DNA of 64,000 bases from Candidatus Heimdallarchaeota archaeon (lineage in GTDB: Archaea; Asgardarchaeota; Heimdallarchaeia; JABLTI01): positions 31,996-95,995 of the forward strand of contig JAHLVW010000047.1 of assembly GCA_019058275.1 (NCBI GenBank), written 5' to 3'. Position numbers and translations under genes: made by a program. Of the stretch, positions 18,720-27,839 are shown piece by piece (the stretch's first letter is position 1; each line of letters opens with the position of its first letter). The notes under the pieces were generated by a model. The model did no database searches and was not told the DNA's origin. It was given only the letters and a program-made list of their open reading frames with translations.

Positions 18720-20180
18720 TTGCCACTAAACAAAGCTAAAAACAAGAATTTTGCTAGAACAAAAATCGTTTGTACATTAGGACCAAGTAATGAATCGTCT
18801 GAAGTCTTAGTAAAAATGATTGAAGCAGGAATGGATGTTGTTAGACTTAACTTTTCACATAATTCACATGAATGGCATAAAGAGATGTTCATTAGGGTTA
18901 GAAATATCTCTGATGAAATTACTGTTCTATTTGATTTACAAGGTCCAAAGATTCGTATTGGTGAGTTAGAAAAGCCATATGCTATCTATAGAGGTGATGA
19001 TTTCATCTTAACAACTGAAGAAATAATAGGTGATAACAAAAGAGTAAGTGTTTCTTTAGAATCATTACCAAATTCAGTTAAGAAAAATGATTTGATATAT
19101 ATCAATGATGGGATTATCGGTTTACGTGTTAAAAAAATTGAAGGAAATGATATTTACTGTAAGGTATTATCAAACGGAGAAATACGTAGCCAAAAAGGAG
19201 TAAATATTCCTAATGTCAAGTTGGATGTTCCTTGTTTGACACCAAAAGATTTGAAAGATTTGGAATTTGCACTGACATTAGAACCAGATTATATTGCATT
19301 ATCATTTGTTCATTCCCCTGATGATGTTATTAGCTTACGAAAAGTGATTAGCAATGCTAACCTCGAAATACCAATTGTAAGCAAAATCGAACATGCTTTT
19401 GCTATCAAGAATTTTGATAAAATACTAGCAAAATCTGATGCAATAATGGTAGCAAGGGGGGATCTTGGTATTGAAACTTCAGTTACAAAATTACCATTAG
19501 TACAAAAGGAAATAATCAGCAAGTGTAATCGACAAGGGAAACCAGTTATAACCGCAACACAGATGCTTGAATCAATGATTAATAACCCTCGTCCAACTAG
19601 AGCTGAAGTCAGTGATATAGCAAATGCTATTTTTGATGGTACAGATGCTGTTATGCTTAGTGCAGAAACAGCTGTCGGTAAATATCCTACTGAAGCTATT
19701 AGTATGATGAACAAAATAGCATTGAATGTTGAGAAAGAATTACATTGGTTAGAATTCAGAGATGAAAAATCCTCTGAAAGAGATTTAATAGCTGAAACAT
19801 TAGCAACTGCTGCTGGAATGTTGGTAGATAAAATGCCTATTAAAGCAATCATAGCTTTTACAGAGGGTGGCTTCAGTGCAAAACTTATAGCAAAACATAG
19901 ACCAAAAGCGAGAATCTTTGTTGCAACACCCAGCATTAAAATTATACGCCAACTTGGATTGATATGGGGTTGTTATCCTTTACAAGTGAAAGAATACCAG
20001 AATCATGATCAAATGGTTGTTGAAACTGTAGACTTAGCAAAGAAAATGGGCTACTTGAATGATAAAGATGTCATAGCTGTTATATCAGGATCAATTCTTT
20101 GCCCCGGTAAAACAAACTTGCTTAGAGCTTACAAAGTAGCTGATTTGCCTAGTCCAAATGAATTCAATGCAATACATTGA
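18720..20180 (+). CDS. pyk: pyruvate kinase
   Basis: TKIVCTLGP, RLNFSH, DLQGPKIR, SKIE, MVARGDLG, ATQMLESM, DAVMLSAETA. Confidence 0.97.
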   Translation: MPLNKAKNKNFARTKIVCTLGPSNESSEVLVKMIEAGMDVVRLNFSHNSHEWHKEMFIRVRNISDEITVLFDLQGPKIRIGELEKPYAIYRGDDFILTTEEIIGDNKRVSVSLESLPNSVKKNDLIYINDGIIGLRVKKIEGNDIYCKVLSNGEIRSQKGVNIPNVKLDVPCLTPKDLKDLEFALTLEPDYIALSFVHSPDDVISLRKVISNANLEIPIVSKIEHAFAIKNFDKILAKSDAIMVARGDLGIETSVTKLPLVQKEIISKCNRQGKPVITATQMLESMINNPRPTRAEVSDIANAIFDGTDAVMLSAETAVGKYPTEAISMMNKIALNVEKELHWLEFRDEKSSERDLIAETLATAAGMLVDKMPIKAIIAFTEGGFSAKLIAKHRPKARIFVATPSIKIIRQLGLIWGCYPLQVKEYQNHDQMVVETVDLAKKMGYLNDKDVIAVISGSILCPGKTNLLRAYKVADLPSPNEFNAIH

Positions 20181-20191
20181 TTGTTGCAAAA

Positions 20192-21280
20192 TCATTCACT
20201 TAATTTTACCAACAAACTCTCTATACTTTTTTGTTTTTCAGTATCTTTTAGTGTTGAAAAGTAGATATTCAAATCACGTAAGAATATTCTAGCTTGGAGA
20301 TTATAGTTTAATAGAGACATAATTTTTGCATGGTCGATGAGATTTGTGTTTAGATCATACTCAAACTTTGAAGGATTTTCCTTAGATAAGTATGCATTTA
20401 ATTCAGTACCAAAGAATTTCAAAGGTATTTTGCCCGGTGTAATTAATCGTTTGACATTCTCATCATAGATTGATCTTTGTAGTTTGATAAGAAGATCTTG
20501 TTTTAGTGCCTTGTTTAAATCTCCCTTAATATTATCCAATGATTTATCTTTAAGGTAAGGTGCAACATAAAAATTAATGTGCAAATCAATTGCAAGAAAT
20601 ACATTTCCCTCTTTTGTTTTTGATGATAATTGCTTTTCTTCACAAGGTATATTTATTTCAATAATTCTATCCAACGAGCTTTTAGTAGTAATTAATGCCC
20701 CTAATGTTTGAGATTTTTCTTTATTAAAAATGATTTTATCCCAAAGAACATCTATACCTTCAAACAATGATTTTTTAAGTTTAGTTTGTTTTTTCAAAAC
20801 TTCTTTATCAGTTTCAAACTCCATTGTATGAATAAAACTCAAAAGATTTTCAGGCATTAATTTTTCTGTCTTTGCTGTAATTTTGACCAGTTTTTCCTTG
20901 GAAATTTGATAATAATCTATCGTTTCTTTCTGTACATTCACTAGAAGTAAAACACTCTTCAAATCAGTAATCTTCTCTGCAAGTGATTTCAAAGTAAAAG
21001 TAGTAATTTCTGTTTCACAATAAAATACTAAACCAATGATTTCCAAATTGTATGGAACCATTATTTTTAGAGCTTTTAATTGGTTGATATCATCTTCATC
21101 CAACGTTATTGCAGTTATTTTGGTATCTTTTTGCTCTGGGAAATGAACTACAGAAATGGCATGTATTTCATTTTTCTTTATATCAATAGTTCCAAGTAAA
21201 GCAGAAAATTTAATTTTTTCAGATAATTGACAAATGTTTGAAAATTGGTTGACAATTTCATTATTGATTATAAGTGCCAT
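20192..21280 (-). CDS. ODR-4-like protein (non-catalytic MPN-like N-terminus)
   Basis: Collinear resemblance to eukaryotic ODR4: ALLG, LDEDD..LKIMVPYNLEIIGLV, GNVFL, ALKQDLL..LQR, TPGKIPL..GTELNAY; judged by eye only. Confidence 0.55.
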   Translation of the reverse strand: MALIINNEIVNQFSNICQLSEKIKFSALLGTIDIKKNEIHAISVVHFPEQKDTKITAITLDEDDINQLKALKIMVPYNLEIIGLVFYCETEITTFTLKSLAEKITDLKSVLLLVNVQKETIDYYQISKEKLVKITAKTEKLMPENLLSFIHTMEFETDKEVLKKQTKLKKSLFEGIDVLWDKIIFNKEKSQTLGALITTKSSLDRIIEINIPCEEKQLSSKTKEGNVFLAIDLHINFYVAPYLKDKSLDNIKGDLNKALKQDLLIKLQRSIYDENVKRLITPGKIPLKFFGTELNAYLSKENPSKFEYDLNTNLIDHAKIMSLLNYNLQARIFLRDLNIYFSTLKDTEKQKSIESLLVKLSE

Positions 21281-21445
21281 GTTTAATTACCTATGTGAGA
21301 AATACCTATTAGACTTTTTTAAAATTACTCTCAATAAGAAATAATACATCCTTTTTCCCTAAAAGTTTTATAAAATCTAAACATAACACTTTTTTATCCA
21401 AAAGAATAACAAAACGATATACTCCGGAAAAGAAGGTTGACTTAA

Positions 21446-22390
21446 ATGAAAAGAGTTCTCGTAATTGGCTCTGGTGGGCAAATTGGTAGTGAGCTTGTTC
21501 CATACCTCCGTAAGAAGTATGGTAAAGAAAACGTAATAGCAACTGGAAGAAGAACAAAACTTACAGATGTAGTACTCGAAGGTGGTCCTTGCATTTATCT
21601 TGATGCTCTAAATCAAGAATCTCTGAAGAAGGTCATCTATGAAAATCAAATAGAACATGTTTATCATATGGCTTCCATTCTATCAGCAACTGGGGAAAAG
21701 ATGCCTCAAACAGCATGGGATATCAACATGAATGGACTCATTAATGTTCTTGAAGTATCAAGAAGATATGGTGTAGAGAGAGTCATTTGGCCTAGCTCAA
21801 TAGCTGCTTTTGGACCAACAACTCCTCAGGAAAATGCTCCAAACGAAACGATTCTACAACCAACAACTATGTACGGTATCACAAAAGTTGCTGGTGAATT
21901 ATTAGCTGAATACTACTACAAGAAATATGGTTTACTTACTTTATCGATGAGATTGCCAGGAATTATCAGTAGCGAAACACAACCTGGTGGAGGAACAACT
22001 GATTACGCAGTAGAAATCTTTTATGAAGCAATTAAAAATAAAAAATACACTTGTTTCTTAAAAGAAGATACAAAGCTTCCTATGATGTATCAACCTGACT
22101 GCTTGAAATGTCATATTGATTTAGCTGAAAAAGATGAATCAAAATTCAAGAGACACGTATACAATGTTACAGGAATGTCCTTTACTGCAGGTGAATTAGC
22201 TGCAGAGATCAAGAAACATATCCCTGAATTTACAATCGGTTATAAACCAGATTTCAGACAGGAAATTGCAGATTCATGGCCAAAATCACTTGATGATTCA
22301 TTAGCAAGAAAAGAATGGGGATGGAATCCTAAATACGATCTTGCTGCAATGACCAAGGATATGTTGGACAAACTCAGTAAACGTTTGTAA
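21446..22390 (+). CDS. tdh: L-threonine 3-dehydrogenase (extended SDR type)
   Basis: GSGGQIG, LSATGE, PSSIAAFGP, MYGITK, PGGGTTDYA, RQEIADSWP; kbl nearby. Confidence 0.92.
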   Translation: MKRVLVIGSGGQIGSELVPYLRKKYGKENVIATGRRTKLTDVVLEGGPCIYLDALNQESLKKVIYENQIEHVYHMASILSATGEKMPQTAWDINMNGLINVLEVSRRYGVERVIWPSSIAAFGPTTPQENAPNETILQPTTMYGITKVAGELLAEYYYKKYGLLTLSMRLPGIISSETQPGGGTTDYAVEIFYEAIKNKKYTCFLKEDTKLPMMYQPDCLKCHIDLAEKDESKFKRHVYNVTGMSFTAGELAAEIKKHIPEFTIGYKPDFRQEIADSWPKSLDDSLARKEWGWNPKYDLAAMTKDMLDKLSKRL

Positions 22391-22401
22391 TAATTTTTTT
22401 T

Positions 22402-22421
22402 GAAGAAGCATTAGCTTCTTC
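22402..22421 (+). terminator. hairpin after tdh
   Basis: GAAGAAGC-atta-GCTTCTTC, preceded by a T8 run. Confidence 0.4.
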
Positions 22422-22457
22422 TCTAACTTTAATTTTTATTAAATTTGTGTGATTGCA

Positions 22458-23069
22458 ATGGATAAAAAGAAAATTGTTCGAGAAGGTTATAATAAAGCTG
22501 CTCAAGCGTATCTAGATAAAAGGCATAAAGATCTAGAAGAAATGAACTTCTTACCAGAATTTTCTTCATATATTCAAAAAGGCGGAAAAGTACTAGATGC
22601 TGGTTGTGGAGGAGGATTACCTTTCACAAAATATCTAAGCGAACGATTTGATGTCATTGGAATAGATATCTCTGAAAAGCAAATTGAACTTGCAAAGAAA
22701 AATGTTCCGAAAGCACAATTTATCAGAAAAGATATGACAAATCTTGATTTTCCAAATGCATTTTTTGATGGAATACTTGCTTATTATTCAATTATTCATG
22801 TTCCTCGAGAAGAACAATTTGATTTATTTGCTAATTTTTATAGAATGCTAAAAGCAAATGGTGTTGCTTTTTTCAGTTTGCATAGTACAGATGATCCAGA
22901 ATCAGTTTTTGATGATTTTTTTGATACCAAAATGTTTTGGAGTGGTTTTGATAAAGAAACAAATATTAAAATGTTGAAGGATATCGGCTTTAAGATCCTC
23001 TGGTCAAAATTAGTAAATGATAGTTTAGGTGATTACCAGCATCTTTTTGTATTAATTAGAAAATCTTGA
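22458..23069 (+). CDS. class I SAM-dependent methyltransferase
   Basis: VLDAGCGGG, GIDISEKQI, FDGILAYYSIIHVP. Confidence 0.9.
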   Translation: MDKKKIVREGYNKAAQAYLDKRHKDLEEMNFLPEFSSYIQKGGKVLDAGCGGGLPFTKYLSERFDVIGIDISEKQIELAKKNVPKAQFIRKDMTNLDFPNAFFDGILAYYSIIHVPREEQFDLFANFYRMLKANGVAFFSLHSTDDPESVFDDFFDTKMFWSGFDKETNIKMLKDIGFKILWSKLVNDSLGDYQHLFVLIRKS

Positions 23070-23242
23070 AAGGTATGCAATATTTTTATCGAAATATTTA
23101 ACTCGAGATTTTTTATCACTATCACTATTCTTTTTAGTGAGTGTGTAAATATGTAGTTATAGCGCTTATATTATAGTGTCTTTTATAGTCGGATTATTTA
23201 GAGCGTTAAAAACTAAAATAGCAAGAGTGAAGGGTGAGTAGA

Positions 23243-25063
23243 ATGGCAGAAAGTTTAGGTGCTGATTTCTTTCTTACATTTGTATTAATACTCTTCCAGT
23301 TAATCTCACTTGGTATTTTCATTACACTCTATATTAGAAAAAGACAAGCTACTTTTCAAGCTTTGATTTTTTCCATAATATTTTTTATAGCAAGTAATAC
23401 AATGACTCTAATATTTATTAATAGAGCACCAACAGACTATCCTTTGGTTCTCTTTCAAGGATTATTAGCTACTGCTGGCTTAATTCCAATTGTTATTTTT
23501 CTTGAAATATTTGAAAGTGGTACGTCATTTACACCTAGAAGCTCAGGATCCATTATTTTTATCATGGTTGTAGGGCTTATTAAGAGTGCAAATTTTGCTT
23601 TTAATCCAGATATTGGTAACTTCATTGGTTTTATGGCACCAATAATGTTTATCTTAGTCGGAGCATTTTATCTTAATACTATTAAGAAAATGAAGTATAG
23701 AATTCGTTTTGAGAATCAAAAGAAAAAGCTAAGAAAAATACGCACTGGCATATATCTTACATTTATTATTCCCAAATTTATTATTGGATCTATCTTTACT
23801 GTAACAGTTTTACCTGTTCTAATCAAATTCTTCGTTGAAAATCCTGAGTTTTTAGAAAATTACAACATTGAATTCCTACAAGAGGCTCAAGCAATCCATA
23901 TTTTTGATATGATACTAAATACATTACAAACTATTGGATTAGTTATTATGAGCTTGCCAATAATCTATAGTCGATCAGTATTCTTTATGCAATCTCGACA
24001 TGTCTCAAAGCTTATTGTAATTAGTAAAGATGGAACTCCAGTTTTTGAATTTCCATTTGAATTAGATGATGAATTATGTGATGAGGTTTTACTAGATGAA
24101 GCATATATGGCTATAAGCACAATCATGAATAAAGGGGGAATTTCATGTGAGCAATTAAAAACGATGAATTTTGGCAATCTCGAGATAATGACCGAAATCA
24201 GAGATGAATTTGCTGCATTGCTCTTAGTAGATCGCCCCACAAAATTCTTGAAAGATTCCTTAGACTTTTTTGCTAATGATTTCCAACAAATATATCCAAA
24301 AAATGTAAGATTAGGTGAACTAAGAACTCAAAAACTCAAATATACTGCAGAGAAAATAATTCAGAAAAGCTTTGACCTTGAGCAAGAGGAATTTGAGCAA
24401 ATTAGAATTATAGTTAGTGAAGGCTATGATCGAGTTGCAGATGAATATCTTAAAACAAGATCTGAAAAGGATGAAGAAGTAAAATTATTGCCTGATTTCA
24501 TGAAAAGGTTGCCAGTAGGAGCAAGAGTTTTAGATGCAGGATGTGGTGCAGGAGAACCCATAACAAGAATTCTCAGTGAAAAATTCAAAGTTACTGGTGT
24601 AGACATCTCAAAAAAGCAAATAGAGAAAGCAAGAGAAACATTACCATTCTGTGAATTTATCTGGCAAGATATGACAACATTAACATTTCCAGATGAATAC
24701 TTTGATGGAATTATATCTTACTATGCTATACCTCATATACCAAGGGAAGAGCATAAAGAGTTACTAGAGAATTTCTTTAGAATGTTGAAGAACAATGGTA
24801 TTGCACTTCTCTGTTTTGGTACTAGTGATGATCCTGGCACTGTAGTAGATGATTTCTTCGGAGTAAAGATGTACTGGAGTAGTTTTGATGTGGGTACCAA
24901 TTTAGAAATGCTCAAAGAAGTAGGCTACCATGTTCTTTGGTTGAGGTTAATCTTCGATGATGTAACAGAAGAACAACACATCTTTGTATTAGCACAAAAA
25001 TTAGATAGAGAATTTCTAGAAGAAATAAAAGAAAATGGTGAGGAAGAAACTCCTCAAGATTAA
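23243..25063 (+). CDS. fusion of 7TM membrane domain, longin-like domain and class I SAM methyltransferase
   Basis: Seven hydrophobic segments; KLIVISKDGTPVF...DEVLL...ISTIM...LKTMNFGNLEI longin-like pattern; C-terminal VLDAGCGAG domain paralogous to the upstream gene; GGGTGA SD before ATG 23243. Confidence 0.75.
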   Translation: MAESLGADFFLTFVLILFQLISLGIFITLYIRKRQATFQALIFSIIFFIASNTMTLIFINRAPTDYPLVLFQGLLATAGLIPIVIFLEIFESGTSFTPRSSGSIIFIMVVGLIKSANFAFNPDIGNFIGFMAPIMFILVGAFYLNTIKKMKYRIRFENQKKKLRKIRTGIYLTFIIPKFIIGSIFTVTVLPVLIKFFVENPEFLENYNIEFLQEAQAIHIFDMILNTLQTIGLVIMSLPIIYSRSVFFMQSRHVSKLIVISKDGTPVFEFPFELDDELCDEVLLDEAYMAISTIMNKGGISCEQLKTMNFGNLEIMTEIRDEFAALLLVDRPTKFLKDSLDFFANDFQQIYPKNVRLGELRTQKLKYTAEKIIQKSFDLEQEEFEQIRIIVSEGYDRVADEYLKTRSEKDEEVKLLPDFMKRLPVGARVLDAGCGAGEPITRILSEKFKVTGVDISKKQIEKARETLPFCEFIWQDMTTLTFPDEYFDGIISYYAIPHIPREEHKELLENFFRMLKNNGIALLCFGTSDDPGTVVDDFFGVKMYWSSFDVGTNLEMLKEVGYHVLWLRLIFDDVTEEQHIFVLAQKLDREFLEEIKENGEEETPQD

Positions 25064-26298
25064 AGAATTTCTAATTCTTTTCCAATCTTTTCAAAAGCTG
25101 CTAATGAAGTATCTAGGTGACCCTTAGTTAAACCAGTGGTCATCATAACTCTTATACGAGCAGTACCTCTTGGAACCATTGGGAAAACAATTGGTAAGGC
25201 GAAAACACCTTCTTCATATAGACGATTACTCATTGCTTTTGCTTTATCATTCTCACCACAGATAATTGGAGTGATAGCTGCAAAAGATTTAGTAGCAGCT
25301 TCAGTAATAGCATGATTGAAGCCTAAATTAACAATGGCTTTTTTGAAGTAGTCACAGTTATCTAACAGTTTAGCTACAACATTGTCAAATTTACCATCTT
25401 TGTTTTCTAAAACCTCAATTGAACCTAGTGATGCTCCAGCAACAGCAGGAGGATGAGAACCACTTAATAGGTAAGTTCTAGTTTTATTACGACAGAAATT
25501 GACTAAATCTTGTGAGCCAGTAATAGCTCCACCTATAGTTCCCATTGCTTTGCTAAAGGTATTCATTTCAACTTGAACTTTACCTTGAAGACCAAAATGA
25601 TCAACAATTCCTTTACCTTTCTTATTGCGACCCAAAACACCATCACCGTGTGCATCATCAACGTAAATCATGGCTCCATACTGTTCAGAAAGTTTTTGGA
25701 TTTCATCTAGCTTAGCAACATCTCCGTCCATTGAGAATACTCCATCTGTAATTACTAGAATCCTTCTAGCATTTGCTTTGTCAGCATTTTGTAAGCATTG
25801 CTCAAGACCACCCATGTCTGAATGTTTATAGATGAAATCTTTTCCTCTCTGGGCTTTTGATAATCTAACACCATCAATAATTGAACCATGATTTAATTCA
25901 TCTGAGATGATCACATCTTCAGTGCTAGTCACAAGTTGAGGAATTACTCCAGCATTTGCAGCATAACCAGATTGGGTTATCATAACTGCTTTTTGCTCTT
26001 TGAATTCTGCTAGCTTTCTCTCTAGCTCCTCATGCAACCACATGTTTCCTGCTAATGCACGAACTGAACCTGAGCCAGCTCCATATTTTTCAACTGCTTC
26101 AAGGGCTTTCTTCACAACATGTGGATGTGTACTTAAATTTAAGTAGTTATTAGAACACATCATGATTACTTTTTTACCCTCAATCACACACTCTGGGTCA
26201 GAACGACTTTCAAGCGTTTTATGCTTCCAATCAAGAGCTTTATCAACTAAATCTTGATATTCAGTTTTCAAAAATCCTACTGGATCTCTTTGTATCAT
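25060..26298 (-). CDS. kbl: glycine C-acetyltransferase (2-amino-3-ketobutyrate CoA ligase)
   Basis: CSNNYLNL, SDELNHGSIIDG, TDGVFSMDGD, VDDAHG, TFSKAMG, VPRGTARIR; tdh nearby. Confidence 0.88.
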   Translation of the reverse strand: MIQRDPVGFLKTEYQDLVDKALDWKHKTLESRSDPECVIEGKKVIMMCSNNYLNLSTHPHVVKKALEAVEKYGAGSGSVRALAGNMWLHEELERKLAEFKEQKAVMITQSGYAANAGVIPQLVTSTEDVIISDELNHGSIIDGVRLSKAQRGKDFIYKHSDMGGLEQCLQNADKANARRILVITDGVFSMDGDVAKLDEIQKLSEQYGAMIYVDDAHGDGVLGRNKKGKGIVDHFGLQGKVQVEMNTFSKAMGTIGGAITGSQDLVNFCRNKTRTYLLSGSHPPAVAGASLGSIEVLENKDGKFDNVVAKLLDNCDYFKKAIVNLGFNHAITEAATKSFAAITPIICGENDKAKAMSNRLYEEGVFALPIVFPMVPRGTARIRVMMTTGLTKGHLDTSLAAFEKIGKELEIL

Positions 26299-26541
26299 GT
26301 AATTTTAACTCCGAAAACTATAATTTTTCTTTTACTCATTATGAAATTTCATTACAATTTAAACTTTTTTTCTAAGTAATATTAATTACCACTTTAAATT
26401 TCGAATTTCTAATGAAAATTTCCATTAATTCATTTGTATTTATTGAGTAATTACTTTTATTAATGAGAAGCTGTAGCAATCTGATAGAAGATTTTTTAAT
26501 TTAACCTATTTTGAATTAAATTAAGGAAGTGAAACTACTAG

Positions 26542-27402
26542 ATGTCTAGAAGAGGAGAACCAAAAAAAAGCAGACTTGAAGATGATTTGTTTGATCCAGA
26601 CAAAGATATGGAAAAAGAAATCGAAGGTCTCCCTAGTCGTAATGAATTAGTTGTTGCAACAGTACGAGATGTTACAGGTCATGGAGCTTATGTATCACTT
26701 GATGAGTTTGATGATCGACGTGCTTATGTTCACATCTCAGAATTATCTAGAACTTGGGTAAAGAACATTAGAGTACATGTTCGTGAAGGACAAAGAATTG
26801 TTGCCAAAGTTCTTCGTGTTGATATTCGCAAAAACCAAATTGACTTGAGTATTAAACGTGTCCCCGAACAAATGAAGAAGCTAAAATTATTAGAATCTAA
26901 ACGAGCTCAGACAGCAAATACGCTTTTCAAAATGATTGTAGACAAAATGCCTGCAGAAGAACGCAAGAATGCTGTTGAGATTAGAGATATACTCGTTACT
27001 CACCATGATTTGCTGTATTACGGATTGGAATTTGCTTCACAAGCATCTCAAAAAGATTTAACTAATATAGGTATAGATGAAAAATGGGCTAAGGTCATTC
27101 GTAAAATAGCTCATGATAATATAATTCCTGCAACTGTTGAGATTAAAGGGACTGTTGAAATTACCATACCAGGAGGAAATGGTGTTCATATTCTGAAAGA
27201 AGCTCTAATACTTGGAAGGGATAATATTAAGGAGAAAAATACTGAGATTAAAATCTACACTGAAGGTAGTCCTCGATATGCTATTGAAGTTACATCTGAG
27301 GATTACAAGCTTGCAGAAAAAGCTCTTGAGAATGCCTTGGAACGTATAGAAGATATTGTAGAAGATAACCAAGGATCTTTCTCATTCACCAGGAAGAAAT
27401 AA
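26542..27402 (+). CDS. eif2a: translation initiation factor 2 alpha subunit
   Basis: S1 domain GAYVSLDEF..HISELSRTWVKNIR..KVLRVD..QIDLS; GSPRY..DYKLAEK; followed by nop10. Confidence 0.95.
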   Translation: MSRRGEPKKSRLEDDLFDPDKDMEKEIEGLPSRNELVVATVRDVTGHGAYVSLDEFDDRRAYVHISELSRTWVKNIRVHVREGQRIVAKVLRVDIRKNQIDLSIKRVPEQMKKLKLLESKRAQTANTLFKMIVDKMPAEERKNAVEIRDILVTHHDLLYYGLEFASQASQKDLTNIGIDEKWAKVIRKIAHDNIIPATVEIKGTVEITIPGGNGVHILKEALILGRDNIKEKNTEIKIYTEGSPRYAIEVTSEDYKLAEKALENALERIEDIVEDNQGSFSFTRKK

Positions 27403-27442
27403 TAATCAACAAAATCAAACAATTCAAGGATGGTTAACACAA

Positions 27443-27622
27443 ATGTCATTACACAAATGTCAAAAATGTGGAACATACACAATGAAGGATTTTTGTTCAA
27501 AGTGTAATGAAGAAGCAAGATCCCCTGCTCCAGCAAAGTTCTCTATTGAACATGCCAAAAAATACGGAAAATACAGACGAGAATTAATAAGGCGAGCTAA
27601 AGAAGAACAGAAGAAAAAATAG
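27443..27622 (+). CDS. nop10: H/ACA RNP protein Nop10 (59 aa, below ORF-track cutoff)
   Basis: Translated by hand: MSLHKCQKCGTYTMKDFCSKCNEEARSPAPAKFSIEHAKKYGKYRRE; canonical position after aIF2 alpha. Confidence 0.93.
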   Translation: MSLHKCQKCGTYTMKDFCSKCNEEARSPAPAKFSIEHAKKYGKYRRELIRRAKEEQKKK

Positions 27623-27645
27623 TGACCATCTTTTCTTTTTGGATT

Positions 27646-27686
27646 TGGAACACTTTCTGGAATTTAACGACAAACGAGGTCGACTC
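27646..27686 (-). repeat. degenerate direct copy of the tRNA-Gly 3' half (possible eroded att site)
   Basis: tggaacactttctggaattt-aac vs tRNA tggtgcacctcccgggatttgaac (17/24), then gac..ggtcgactc vs gac..ggtcgagtc. Confidence 0.4.
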
Positions 27687-27839
27687 AATTATTAATTTTC
27701 TATTTTCTATCAAAACCAGACATGCACAACTGACAGATTTTAATCATTAAAAAGATTAAAAAGATGTGTTAGAGTTTATTGACTTTGTATATAATTGATG
27801 GGTTTTCAAAATATGAATCTAACTTAGGTTGTATTAAAA

